Assembly (NCBI GenBank): GCA_963740315.1
Contig: CAVUDP010000001.1
Location: 160,001-224,000 of the forward strand
Source of the DNA: an uncultured cyanobacterium
GTDB taxonomy: Bacteria; Cyanobacteriota; Cyanobacteriia; Cyanobacteriales; Nostocaceae
Length of the DNA stretch: 64,000 bases
Direction: 5' to 3'
The number at the start of each line of letters is the position of its first letter. Positions within the stretch are counted from its first letter, which is position 1. The notes below the pieces were generated by a model. That model made no database searches, was not told where the DNA came from, and worked only from the letters and a program-made list of their open reading frames with translations. The translations under genes were made by a program, and so were the position numbers. Below are positions 1 through 12,945 of the stretch, piece by piece.

Positions 1-41
1 ATTATATTTTTTACCATTTTTCCTAAGTAATTCTTCGCCAT
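1..41 (-). CDS. Possible 5' end of a gene running off the left edge (MAKNYLGKMVKKY...)
   Basis: Minus-strand ATG at 41 with upstream GAGGT SD-like motif; frame open to the window edge; product unknown. Confidence 0.3.
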   Translation of the reverse strand, partial: MAKNYLGKMVKNI

Positions 42-208
42 CTTACACCGACCTCACTGTTTTATATTTTAGGGTGTAATTCTATACAACCCTTTTTTAT
101 GAAAAAATTCTTAATTAACTGCTTTACTTAAATGTGAATGATAATCTATTTTAAGCAAGCTGAATTAGATATATGTAAACTTTCGCTTGTATTATTAATT
201 ACTTTTAT

Positions 209-766
209 TTAAGCATTCGGCACGGGAGAAATATTGCCTGGATTGGTGTCGCGAGGGAATGAAGGTAAATCAATACCGCTATGAGAAGCCGTGCGAGACT
301 TAAGTGCTAAACGGTAGCTTACACTTTGTAATTCTGCTTGTAATTGACGGTTTTCTTGTTGTAATACAGCTACCTTTTCTCTTACCGGAGCCATCCGTTC
401 CTCGAATTTATGACGGTAAATTTGAGGTAGTTCCTGCACTACTTGCTCTAACATCCTACTACGGTCAGTTAATTCTTGAACCGACTGACGCAATTGATAA
501 ATTTCGCTATCGCGGGTGCTAATTTGCTCTTGGTAAAAACTTACCTGTTCTTCAACTGCTTGCAGTTGTTCTCGCAAAGCATTTAATTCGTTCTGATGAC
601 GTTCAGAAACTTCTGGCTGGGGCATAAAATCGGTATTACCCTTTACCAGTCGGAATAGCTCTTGAGACAACTGCTGCACTAATTGGTCGCGAAGCTGTAG
701 TTCTTGACGCAACTTCGATACTTCAGTAGAAAGAGCTTGAATGGTGGAGTTATCTGTTTGGCTCAC
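209..766 (-). CDS. Conserved cyanobacterial coiled-coil hypothetical protein
   Basis: 185 aa, Q/E/L-rich heptad pattern; GTG start. Confidence 0.75.
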   Translation of the reverse strand: MSQTDNSTIQALSTEVSKLRQELQLRDQLVQQLSQELFRLVKGNTDFMPQPEVSERHQNELNALREQLQAVEEQVSFYQEQISTRDSEIYQLRQSVQELTDRSRMLEQVVQELPQIYRHKFEERMAPVREKVAVLQQENRQLQAELQSVSYRLALKSRTASHSGIDLPSFPRDTNPGNISPVPNA

Positions 767-1000
767 AGTGTCTCACAGTTTACTTAATAAATATTTTCCA
801 CGCTTAGAGGGATAAGTATGTTAATCGCTTCAAGGTAAGTATTTGTTAATTTAACACTCCTAGCCGTAATGGCAAGGGAAAAGAGGTATATTTTTTGATT
901 TTTTTTAAAGATTAAATTTTGGATATGGTCAATTGGTATAATTTCATCCAAAATATCCACTACCAAAATTTAATCTTACGCAATGCGATCGCGAGATAAA

Positions 1001-1348
1001 TTATCTTTCTTGAGCGATCGCTGCTGGTGATGCTTCTTCAGTAGCAGCTTCTGGTTCTGCTAAATTCTGCTTGATAGTTAAATAACGAATTACTTCTTCG
1101 CTCAAGCGCATAGCCCGTTCCATTGGAGCAATAGCGCTACCAATAGCAGTGTAATTCATTTGGACGTAGATACCATCACGATGTCTGTTAATCTCATAAG
1201 CTAGACGACGCTTACCGCGATTTTGAATTTGGACATTTTCAGCACCATTTTCTTTCAGTAAGTTTTCGTACTTAGAGATATTTTGCTCCGCTTGCTCGTC
1301 TATCAAGTCAGGTCGCAAAATGTACATTGTTTCGTAAGCTGTAGCCAT
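1001..1348 (-). CDS. rpsF: 30S ribosomal protein S6
   Basis: [10 protein letters not shown]...[10 protein letters not shown]...EVIRYL motifs; AGGAG SD upstream. Confidence 0.97.
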   Translation of the reverse strand: MATAYETMYILRPDLIDEQAEQNISKYENLLKENGAENVQIQNRGKRRLAYEINRHRDGIYVQMNYTAIGSAIAPMERAMRLSEEVIRYLTIKQNLAEPEAATEEASPAAIAQER

Positions 1349-1790
1349 ATTTAATCTCCTTTTGGACGTTTGGCTGCCAAATCAAAAATCCTGCCCAGAC
1401 TTCATTAACTGAAATACTCAAGCAAGGAAACATTTCGAGCAGCAAGGAATTATAATCTTACCAGTTTTTGATTTTAATTGACGAATGTCAAAGCAATCTG
1501 CTATTTGTCCGTAATTGCTTAAACCGTGCTTATTGCATTAAATAAACGGACAAAAAATCCGTTTTGGCACGATTTTTGCCCAAAGCTTTCAGATGCTTTG
1601 ATTACAAGTGCTTTTTACAGTCAACAAATATTGTAGGTACTCAGACGGCTTATGCTATTAATTTACGGTTAAGTTTTGGTTTTCACGGTATCAGCGTAAT
1701 TCTGAACTATTTAAACGAAAATAAACCGACATTAATAGCTTTTGCGTAAACAATCTTTTTCCATATACTAAAAAGGAAGTCATCAAGCTT

Positions 1791-2567
1791 ATGGCACAGC
1801 GCTATGTGCGAGTTCAAAATGCTGAAGGGATAGTTTATTATGGGTTGCTACAGCTTGACCAAAACGTCCAAGTACTCGATGCTCCACCTTGGTTGCAAGG
1901 TCAACCCACGGATTTATTATTGGAACCAGATGGCTACCAAATTTTAGCTCCTTGCTCTCCTTCTAAAATTGTAGCGGTGGGTAAGAATTATGCAGATCAT
2001 GCCGCAGAAATGGGTACTAAAGTCCCAGACGAACCCTTAATTTTTCTCAAACCGCCTACTTGTATTATCCCTTCAGACGCAAATATTGAATATCCATTAC
2101 AATCGCAACGGGTAGACTATGAAGGAGAATTAGCGCTGATTATTAGTGAATCAGCAACTAAATGCACTCCACAATCGGCGATCGCCAAAATCTGGGGTTA
2201 TACCATTGCTAATGATGTAACAGCAAGAGATTTACAAAAAAGCGATGGACAATGGACGCGGGCTAAAGGTTTTAATACTTTTTGTCCTTTAGGACCGTGG
2301 ATTGTGAGAGAATTAAGTCCTGGTGCTAGATTGCAAACTTTTTTGAATGATGATGCAACTCCGGTTCAATCTGCTTGTATCGACCAAATGGTATTTTCTC
2401 CGGAGACTATAGTCTCTTACATTAGTCAGGTAATGACGCTACTGCCCGGAGACGTAATACTAACAGGTACACCTTTAGGAGTTGGTCCATTAAATATTGG
2501 CGATCGCGTGCGCGTTGAAATAGAAGGTATCGGTCGTTTGGAGAATACTGTCGCAGCTAGTAAATAA
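1791..2567 (+). CDS. Fumarylacetoacetate hydrolase family protein
   Basis: KIVAVGKNYADH, VDYEGEL, NDVTARD, GDVILTGTP motifs. Confidence 0.93.
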   Translation: MAQRYVRVQNAEGIVYYGLLQLDQNVQVLDAPPWLQGQPTDLLLEPDGYQILAPCSPSKIVAVGKNYADHAAEMGTKVPDEPLIFLKPPTCIIPSDANIEYPLQSQRVDYEGELALIISESATKCTPQSAIAKIWGYTIANDVTARDLQKSDGQWTRAKGFNTFCPLGPWIVRELSPGARLQTFLNDDATPVQSACIDQMVFSPETIVSYISQVMTLLPGDVILTGTPLGVGPLNIGDRVRVEIEGIGRLENTVAASK

Positions 2568-2603
2568 TCCGGTCAAACGCGATACCCTTGAGCGCGTATC
2601 GAA

Positions 2604-3080
2604 TTAACGGACTTGCATATAAACCGCATCAGAAATTGCGGGAATTTCTGCGTAACGACCCATTAATGATTGAGCGACAGAATATACAACAACTGCTACT
2701 AAACCAATAAAAATGGTATTGGCTAAAGTTTCTATGGCAAAGTTAGCACCCGGAACTGGACTTAAAAGACGTACCAAAAGACCGCATAAAGCTAGAACAA
2801 TGCTTAAAAGAATAGCCTGCATTGTATTGAAGCGAATAAAATGATTAATTTTCTCATTTCGCACTACCAACATAAATAAAGCAAAAAAGATAATTAATCC
2901 AGCAAAAGGTATGCTTCCATAAATTGCTAATACAGGTGACAATGGTATCAAAATCACTCTCAAAGGAGGAAACTCCCCAAACAAAAAGCTACCAAAAGCT
3001 AATCCTTCAACCACGGGAAGCAAATAAGGTAAGCAAGCCAAAATTCTATCTTTAACAGTTGTAGACCCGCGCCAAGTCAT
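2604..3080 (-). CDS. Tic20/Ycf60 family membrane protein
   Basis: DRILACLPYLLP, HFIRFNTMQA, YAEIPAISDAVYMQV; about 4 TM segments. Confidence 0.9.
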   Translation of the reverse strand: MTWRGSTTVKDRILACLPYLLPVVEGLAFGSFLFGEFPPLRVILIPLSPVLAIYGSIPFAGLIIFFALFMLVVRNEKINHFIRFNTMQAILLSIVLALCGLLVRLLSPVPGANFAIETLANTIFIGLVAVVVYSVAQSLMGRYAEIPAISDAVYMQVR

Positions 3081-3183
3081 TTTGCGTTCTCCTATGCTTA
3101 AATTTCACTGACCATATGAACCTAGAATAACGCAGTCGCTTGGTTTTTCGTTATTGTCTTGTTTAAACTTGTTTAAAAAAGCA

Positions 3184-3381
3184 TCATTCTATATTGGCAA
3201 TGCGAAAGCCCATTATACATTCGTACCAATCTGCTTGTTGTTCGGTAATTTTGCTCGCAGCTTGACCGCAGCCCAATTTCCCGTTATGCCAGCGCGGTTG
3301 ACCGCTTTTATCGGCAAGCACGCAAGAGTTGCAAACATTTTGAGGGGCAATAAGTTGCTCTTTTATTGAAATTATTAACAT
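3184..3381 (-). CDS. Small conserved cyanobacterial Cys-rich hypothetical protein
   Basis: 65 aa with CxxC...C...C pattern (CNSC, GCG, ECIMGF). Confidence 0.65.
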   Translation of the reverse strand: MLIISIKEQLIAPQNVCNSCVLADKSGQPRWHNGKLGCGQAASKITEQQADWYECIMGFRIANIE

Positions 3382-3852
3382 TATGCTACCCGTTTAGATG
3401 AGTCGTGGGAGCGACCCACATTTTTGTGAGGACTAAAATCTTACTATTGGTTTAAGTTTTTTTCTACATAGAATAACCACACGGTTATTTAGGATTTTAG
3501 ATAAATGTAGACCGCGATCGATAAATTATTGATATGGCGGTAGATTTAATTTTATTTTACGCTTGGAAATTCAAAGATTGATTTTTTTTTGTAAAAAGTA
3601 ATACCTTCAAGTTTTTGTGAAGCTAAATATGTAAGTGCTGTTGAGATTATTCGCCGATAAAAAATATGCTACTCCTTCACTGGTTATGATTACCGAATCG
3701 AGGGAGTAGGCAGTAGGGGTTTAATAAATTACTGTTTTACTCGACTTCTGACTCGTTACCAATTATCAACGGGAAAAAAGATAAAATCTTCTATTATGCG
3801 ATTATGCGATCGCATGAATTTTCACGGAATAGATAATTTAAACTGACTAACA

Positions 3853-5136
3853 GTGACTAAAACTAATTCAGATTTTCTCGCAACTTCAGATCCTACGGTG
3901 GCGGAGTTAATTAATGGTGAACTAAAGCGTCAACAAGACCACTTAGAGTTGATTGCTTCAGAAAACTTTACAAGCGCGGCTGTACTGGCTGCTCAAGGTT
4001 CGGTACTGACCAATAAATACGCTGAGGGACTACCAGGTAAACGTTACTACGGCGGTTGTGAAGTAATCGATAAAATTGAGCAGATAGCCATCGACCGAGC
4101 TAAACAGCTATTTGGTGCTGATAGCGCAAACGTCCAACCTCATTCTGGAGCGCAAGCTAATTTTGCGGTATTCCTAACGCTACTCGAACCCGGCGATAAA
4201 ATTATGGGGATGGATTTGTCTCACGGGGGACATCTTACCCACGGTTCGCCGGTAAATGTTTCTGGTAAGTGGTTTGAGGTTTGTCATTACGGCGTTAGTC
4301 AAGAAACAGAACAGCTAGACTACGAACAAATCCGCGAGCTGGCGCTAAGGGAGCGTCCAAAGCTCTTAATTTGTGGATATTCAGCTTATCCTCGCGTAAT
4401 TGATTTTGAAAAATTCCGCAGTATCGCCGACGAAGTTGGTGCTTATTTGTTAGCGGATATAGCTCACATTGCTGGTTTAGTAGCTTCCGGGCTTCATCCA
4501 AACCCAATTCCTTACTGCGATGTAGTGACTACAACTACCCATAAAACTCTACGCGGTCCGAGGGGTGGCTTAATCTTGACTCGCGACGCTGAGTTGGGTA
4601 AAAAGCTTGATAAATCAGTTTTCCCCGGTACCCAAGGCGGACCTCTAGAACACGCGATCGCTGCTAAAGCAGTAGCATTTGGGGAAGCTCTCAAGCCAGA
4701 ATTTAAAGATTATTCTGCTGCTGTAATCGAAAATGCTCGTACTTTAGCCAATCAATTACAAAGCAGGGATTTAAAAATTGTCTCCGACGGGACAGAAAAC
4801 CATCTCATGCTCGTAGATTTACGGTGTATTGGCATGACGGGTAAAAAAGCAGACCAATTAGTCAGCGGTGTAAATATCACTGCTAACAAAAATACAGTTC
4901 CTTTTGACCCAGAATCACCCTTTGTTACCAGCGGTTTGAGATTGGGTTCACCTGCGATGACAACAAGAGGTATGGGAGTAACAGAATTTACCGAAATTGG
5001 TAATATCATTGCCGACCGTTTGTTAAATCCCGATTCCGAAACAGTTGCTGAAGATTGCCGATTACGAGTCGCTTCTTTATGTAAGAATTTCCCGTTATAT
5101 CAACATCTGGGGATTCCCGTACCAGCTTTGGCATAA
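3853..5136 (+). CDS. glyA: Serine hydroxymethyltransferase
   Basis: [37 protein letters not shown]-lysine motif. Confidence 0.98.
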   Translation: MTKTNSDFLATSDPTVAELINGELKRQQDHLELIASENFTSAAVLAAQGSVLTNKYAEGLPGKRYYGGCEVIDKIEQIAIDRAKQLFGADSANVQPHSGAQANFAVFLTLLEPGDKIMGMDLSHGGHLTHGSPVNVSGKWFEVCHYGVSQETEQLDYEQIRELALRERPKLLICGYSAYPRVIDFEKFRSIADEVGAYLLADIAHIAGLVASGLHPNPIPYCDVVTTTTHKTLRGPRGGLILTRDAELGKKLDKSVFPGTQGGPLEHAIAAKAVAFGEALKPEFKDYSAAVIENARTLANQLQSRDLKIVSDGTENHLMLVDLRCIGMTGKKADQLVSGVNITANKNTVPFDPESPFVTSGLRLGSPAMTTRGMGVTEFTEIGNIIADRLLNPDSETVAEDCRLRVASLCKNFPLYQHLGIPVPALA

Positions 5137-5230
5137 AATGAAGGCAAATAGCTGGATTTTAAGGTATTTTCACAAATAATTGGAATTTTCCTTTATTCGT
5201 GAATACCTGCTGCTTTCATAGGATTCAAAT

Positions 5231-5258
5231 AAGCCCCCTCTTTTAGGGGGTTTTTTTA
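5231..5258 (+). terminator. Rho-independent terminator after glyA
   Basis: AAGCCCCCT-CTTTT-AGGGGG hairpin followed by a T7 tract. Confidence 0.8.
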
Positions 5259-5560
5259 TGGTTGGAATACATACTTAATATTTAAAGCCAAATTTACAAA
5301 TATATACAGTGTAATTCCTGAGTTAAAACCTAAAGATTAAGACTTTACAGATGGCTTTAAGAACTCTTTATCAGCTTTTTAAGAAAAAACACGATAAATA
5401 CAAAGAAACAATAAATATTTAATAGTTTGGTAGCATTATTCACTTTAAAATAATAGGATTAGGGTATAAAATTTTTTGTTTGCATACAAAAATAGTAAGG
5501 GAATCTACTGAAATTTAGAGGATTTTACGAAAGTGCTTATTACTGTCATAAAAAAAGATT

Positions 5561-6514
5561 ATGGTTAATCAACTCATAAACTTATATACAATGTGGTCGC
5601 AAATATACGACCATTGTTATGAGAACTATAAAGGTTTGACAAGAAATCCGAAATGGCTGTTGATGCGTAAGATGAGTAGATTTGGGTTTGGAAGAACTTT
5701 GATGAGATATTTATCTTATAGCTCATCAAAGCTCTATCAATCATCTTCAACAACGTCATATTCTGTTTTTAGTAAAATCGATCTAGATGAAGCTGTTACA
5801 CAACTTAAAACAGAAGGTTATTATTTAGGTTTACAGCTACCTGAAGAAACAGTCAAAGAAATTCTTGAGTTTGCTAAAAATACGGCTTGTTACGGAAATC
5901 GAAAATCGCAGCTAGGTTTTTATTATCACGAAAAAAACCAAGCAGAAATTCAATCGCAGAAAAAGATTAAAGTTGGTTGTTACTTCAATACTGCACAACT
6001 TTGTCCTGCTATTTCTAAATTACAAAATGATTCGCAGTTATTAGCGATCGCAACTCGATATTTAGAACGAGAACCAATACATCAAGGAAATCAGCTTTGG
6101 TGGAGTTTTGCCGGAGTTTCTTCTGACTGGGAACGCAGACAGAATGCACAAATGTTTCACTACGATCTAGATGATTACCGATTTGTAAAATTCTTTTTCT
6201 ATTTAACTGATGTTGATGATAAAAGCGGTCCTCATATCTGCATCCGTGGCAGTCATAAAAACAAGAAGCTATCTCATGTATTGCTGCGTAAACGAGAAAC
6301 GGATAAAGATATTATTGATTGGTACGGTGAAGAATCTGTTGTAACTATTTGCGGTCAAGCTGGTTTTGGATTTGTAGAAGATCCGTTGTGTTTTCATAAA
6401 GGACTTACTCCTATTCATAAAGACCGCCTTTTATTACAAATTGAATTTGCTACAACTGACTATGGAATGCAAAATGACAATAGAGACAATTCTGCCCTCC
6501 AAGTTTTGAATTAA
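5561..6514 (+). CDS. Putative Fe(II)/2-oxoglutarate dioxygenase (phytanoyl-CoA dioxygenase-like)
   Basis: FHYDLDD (HxD), FYLTDVD..SGPH, GSH, distal FHKG...R; start uncertain. Confidence 0.7.
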   Translation: MVNQLINLYTMWSQIYDHCYENYKGLTRNPKWLLMRKMSRFGFGRTLMRYLSYSSSKLYQSSSTTSYSVFSKIDLDEAVTQLKTEGYYLGLQLPEETVKEILEFAKNTACYGNRKSQLGFYYHEKNQAEIQSQKKIKVGCYFNTAQLCPAISKLQNDSQLLAIATRYLEREPIHQGNQLWWSFAGVSSDWERRQNAQMFHYDLDDYRFVKFFFYLTDVDDKSGPHICIRGSHKNKKLSHVLLRKRETDKDIIDWYGEESVVTICGQAGFGFVEDPLCFHKGLTPIHKDRLLLQIEFATTDYGMQNDNRDNSALQVLN

Positions 6515-7009
6515 TAATAAATAATTAATGTAGAGACTTATCTACAGGTAAGTCTCTATCTGTTAAATTATCAAACTATTTTTTGATTTTTTGTAGTTAG
6601 GTTAGGATTTTTCGCAGTTATTATAGATTGAATAAAAAAAATCTAAAAGATATTAAAAAATTATCTATTTTGGTTGTTCGGTATATTTTTATATTAAGCA
6701 AATAAAAAAGCGGCTGATTTTAAAGTAAAAAATATCAATAAAAGCTATTACACGATAACTATAAAATCATCAAAAGTTAATTAAAACAAGGGCGATCGCG
6801 CAAGCACAAAAATCACAATGTCAAATAAATCACTTGTACTCGATATTACTTCTTATTGTGAAGATAACTTTTGCCGTAAACGGGCAATAAAAACGATTGA
6901 GTGGCAAAAATTTGGAAAAACGATCCGAGGACAAATGCAAAATGTAACGGAATGCAAAGTATAATGAAAACTACAAAATGCACAAAAGTATTAAATAACC
7001 GTATTGTAA

Positions 7010-9365
<2,356 letters not shown>

Positions 9366-9439
9366 GGTATAAAGAACATAACCGCACTAGGATATAAAGC
9401 TGTAACAAGCGTGTTTACATAATTTTCTTAATCTAAATA

Positions 9440-9468
9440 TTGACTTATCCTGAATTATCTGCTAACAT
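9440..9468 (+). promoter_or_regulatory. Sigma70-type promoter for tRNA-Ser
   Basis: TTGACT (9440-9445), 17-bp spacer, TG-n-TAACAT (9463-9468), about 20 bp upstream of the tRNA. Confidence 0.65.
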
Positions 9469-9487
9469 TAATATTTGTTACCGATCC

Positions 9488-9576
9488 GGAGAGATGGCTG
9501 AGCGGTTGAAAGCGGCTCCCTGCTAAGGAGTTATGGGGTTTAGATCCCATCGAGGGTTCGAATCCCTCTCTCTCCG
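9488..9576 (+). tRNA. trnS: tRNA-Ser(GCT)
   Basis: GGAGAGA/TCTCTCC acceptor stem, anticodon loop CTGCTAA, long variable arm, GGTTCGAATCC T-arm; CCA not encoded. Confidence 0.97.
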
Positions 9577-9763
9577 TCACTAATTTGAAAAAATTCTATG
9601 TGAATCTTCTCGAATTAGTTATTAATTCAAGTCAATAAAAATGATAGTGCATTTGAACATTTGTTTGAATGCACTATTATTTTTATGGTTATCTATATAT
9701 TTGCTGACGCGAGTAAGGAAGAACGTTTGGTTCTCCCGTGCTTCCCGTACTCGCAATTACTTC

Positions 9764-10594
9764 TTAAAAACCTCCGAAGTTATAACCGACTCCCACAGAA
9801 AGACCGAGGTCAGTTTCATCAAAAAATGCTGCATTCACAGCTGCTGTAGCTGTAAATTTGTCGTTTATGGGTACGTCTACACCACCAGTAATTAAGAACG
9901 ATAATTCCGAACCATCGCCTGTTGCCAAAGCTAAACCAGCTCCAACATAAGGAGCAAAAGGCAATTCTTCTCTAAATGGGTCAGTTACCTGCTTGAAAGA
10001 AAAGTCATAGGTAACGGGAACTAAAATCACAGTATCATCCCCAAGTACGACTGAAGGGCGTACCGATATAATATCTGTTATTCCAACTTTGCTGATCACC
10101 ATAAAGTTACCATCACCTAAAGCGGAATTACCACCCAAGCCGATATTTCCAGCAAGACCAACGTAGCTAGAACCGCCACGTGTAGAAGCACCGAAATCAA
10201 TATCCGCTTGCGCTACTTCGTCCGGAATAGATGGTTGTATTGCTTGTGGATATTCAGCTTTGGCAGGTTGAGACTGACCAAGTGCCGCCGATGAAGTTGC
10301 TGTTGTTCCAGGAACGGGTGCAGTATCAGATATTACTGTAGGATTAACTGATAAATTTGATTGTTGAGAAGTTTGATCGGAGAAACTAGGGCTAAACTCA
10401 ACACTTGTGTTTTCCTTTTCAGGAGCCACTTGGCTTGATGGTGCAATCTCTTGGCTGCTTGTTTGTTCTACTGTTTGAGCTCCAACAGATAATCCACCAC
10501 TTAATAATGTAATGGTTGCTACTGAAAGCGAAAAAACGCTTTTATAAAGAAAAATGGTATTCACGTTCACTCCTACAAGAATATAGCCGCTCAT
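9764..10594 (-). CDS. Outer-membrane beta-barrel protein with signal peptide and S/P/Q-rich linker
   Basis: Hydrophobic signal, low-complexity linker, APYVGAG and C-terminal VGVGYNF barrel motifs; start may be a downstream GTG. Confidence 0.75.
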   Translation of the reverse strand: MSGYILVGVNVNTIFLYKSVFSLSVATITLLSGGLSVGAQTVEQTSSQEIAPSSQVAPEKENTSVEFSPSFSDQTSQQSNLSVNPTVISDTAPVPGTTATSSAALGQSQPAKAEYPQAIQPSIPDEVAQADIDFGASTRGGSSYVGLAGNIGLGGNSALGDGNFMVISKVGITDIISVRPSVVLGDDTVILVPVTYDFSFKQVTDPFREELPFAPYVGAGLALATGDGSELSFLITGGVDVPINDKFTATAAVNAAFFDETDLGLSVGVGYNFGGF

Positions 10595-11934
10595 TTATCG
10601 ACTAGCTTATTTTTAGTCTATATGGCGGCAGTATTTAAAATTTAACACCAAAAAAATTATAGCTACATCCTTAATTAGACAGAATTTGTGCAAAATTATT
10701 TACATAAAAAGAATTATTAATATAGCTAATTAAACGGTTGACAAAAATATAATATACATATTCTTATGTTTTAACTATGTAGTAATTATCATTTTTAAAG
10801 CATACTTGAGAGTAATGTCACTACATAAAGCAACCCTCATTACGAGTCGGTAACTGCGAGTGTATTAGTTTTACAAAAAGTTTCGGCTCTTGCGTACAAG
10901 AGGGTTGGAAGGAATACGGAATAGTGACAAGAAATATTATTAATAATACCTGACTCAATTATTCAATTATCTTCATCTTAATAAGGCTTCCGAGCGTTTT
11001 AGTAAAATATGCGGGCATACTGAAGAGCCAAGTTTTTTTAATGTTATGGGCAATAAACAATAGACACATCTTTGTAAGGTAGCCACATAAGATAATAATC
11101 GAACAAAGGCTTTTATTAATTAGATAGTTATCTAAGGTACGAAATGAATTGTTTGTCAGAATTGATAGGCTTGGTTTTTCTAAAGAAGTTGTTCTTTGAA
11201 TAGTAAAAATTATTTCCTAACCGTATTAGTATGTGCTATAGCCGATGAGCCTTACGATAAAGCTTCAACTAATATATTTATCAAATCTCGTTAAAACACA
11301 CCCAGCCAGCATAAGTAAAAAGTCGTATATTAAGTATTGTGGTAATTACAGTAAAGAGAATTTATTAATTAACTCTTCATAAAGAATATATATAAAACCT
11401 ATATTGCTGAATAAACTAAAAGTTATAATTCTCATATTAAGTCATCTTGAATCAACCGTAATATTTCTGATTTATATACATTTTTGATGAAAAATGAGTA
11501 AAGGTAGATTTTTTATTTCAAATTGTATGATACCTTTATTATCATCAGAAAGTTAAGCAATAAATTTTGTTACCGTAAGTACATTAAAACAGTAGATGTT
11601 AAAACAAACATTGCACTTCAATTTGCCGAACTTTAAATTTTTGTTGCGCTGCTGCAAATACAAGTTTCGGCGATATTAACTGTTTTTATTAACACAAATC
11701 TATTCAAATTATAAATTGATTAAAATAATCTAAATCCAACTGTAACTTTATTCTTCCAATAAATCATTTTATGGTTTCTGTTACAGAGGCACTAATTTTC
11801 TCATTGTTTCCAATTAGAGTAATAAAGATGGTATTTATCTTATAATCAATAATTTTGTCAATATATTGTGATTTAGACAGATATATTCCATTAAACAAAT
11901 ATAAAACCAGTTATCAGCATTACTAAAAATTATC

Positions 11935-12720
11935 ATGAACAGAATTAAACTTTTGAACTTAGAAATAGACAATTGGTCGAAGAACGAACTACTGAATAAC
12001 TTGAAGTCAGGAGTGATATTTACGCCAAATGTAGACCATCTTATCAAACTTCAAAGAGATCCAGAGTTTCTTCAAGCTTATAATATTAGTGACTTTAAAG
12101 TTTGCGACAGTCAAATACTTATGTATGCATCTAAATTTTTAGGAACGCCAATCAAAGAAAAAATATCTGGTTCTGACTTATTACCTGCTTTCTGTAAATA
12201 CCATAAAAACAATCAAGAGATTAAAATTTTTCTACTAGGTGCAGCAGAAGGTGTAGCCTGTCGCGCACAAGAAAAAATTAATAATAAAATAGGAAGAATG
12301 ATTGTTGTTAACACTTATTCTCCGCCTTTTGGCTTTGATAAAGATGAAGCAGAATGTGAGAAAATAGTAGAGATGATTAACAACTCAGATGCTACGGTAT
12401 TAGTTATAGGATTGGGTGCGCCCAAACAAGAAAAATGGTTGTACAAGTATAAAGATAAATTCAAATCCATCAAAATATTTATGGCTTTAGGAGCAACTAT
12501 TGATTTTGAAGCAGGAAATGTAAAAAGAGCGCCAAGATGGATGAGTGAAATCGGATTGGAGTGGTTATTCAGGTTATTTTGCGAACCCAAAAGGTTATGG
12601 AAAAGATATTTGCTAGATGATATTCCTTTTATTTTCTTAATTTTGAAACAAAAACTGAGTTTGTATATGAATAAAGATTCTAAGGGCAATAAACCAACCT
12701 TGCTAATTGATAAATTATAG
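11935..12720 (+). CDS. WecB/TagA/CpsF family glycosyltransferase (GT26)
   Basis: TPNVDH, ISGSDL, GLGAPKQE, RAPRWM...GLEWLFRL..EPKRLWKRY. Confidence 0.93.
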   Translation: MNRIKLLNLEIDNWSKNELLNNLKSGVIFTPNVDHLIKLQRDPEFLQAYNISDFKVCDSQILMYASKFLGTPIKEKISGSDLLPAFCKYHKNNQEIKIFLLGAAEGVACRAQEKINNKIGRMIVVNTYSPPFGFDKDEAECEKIVEMINNSDATVLVIGLGAPKQEKWLYKYKDKFKSIKIFMALGATIDFEAGNVKRAPRWMSEIGLEWLFRLFCEPKRLWKRYLLDDIPFIFLILKQKLSLYMNKDSKGNKPTLLIDKL

Positions 12721-12837
12721 AGAAAATCATTTCAAAACGAAGTTCTCAAGCCTTGATATCATACATACTTGGACAAAGGTTAAGCAAAGCGGCAGAATAT
12801 TCTGACCGCTATTTTTTACATTTGTAAAATAGCAATA

Positions 12838-12867
12838 AACCCTTCTATAAAAAAACAGAAGGGTTAA
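12838..12867. terminator. Hairpin between convergent genes, probable terminator
   Basis: AACCCTTCT...AGAAGGGTT inverted repeat. Confidence 0.5.
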
Positions 12868-12945
12868 TAATAAAGATGCTTCAAATGGTACAATCGAAAA
12901 CTTAATAAACCATTTTATTATTTTCTTTATGATTTTTGATTAGAA

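Noticed and set aside
3669..3710. Riboswitch upstream of glyA
   Set aside because: Only a single CTACTCC/GGAGTAG hairpin is visible; no recognisable ZTP, THF or glycine aptamer consensus
9488..9600. tRNA-Ser as an integration site for a genomic island
   Set aside because: No integrase and no duplicated tRNA 3' end noticed in the window
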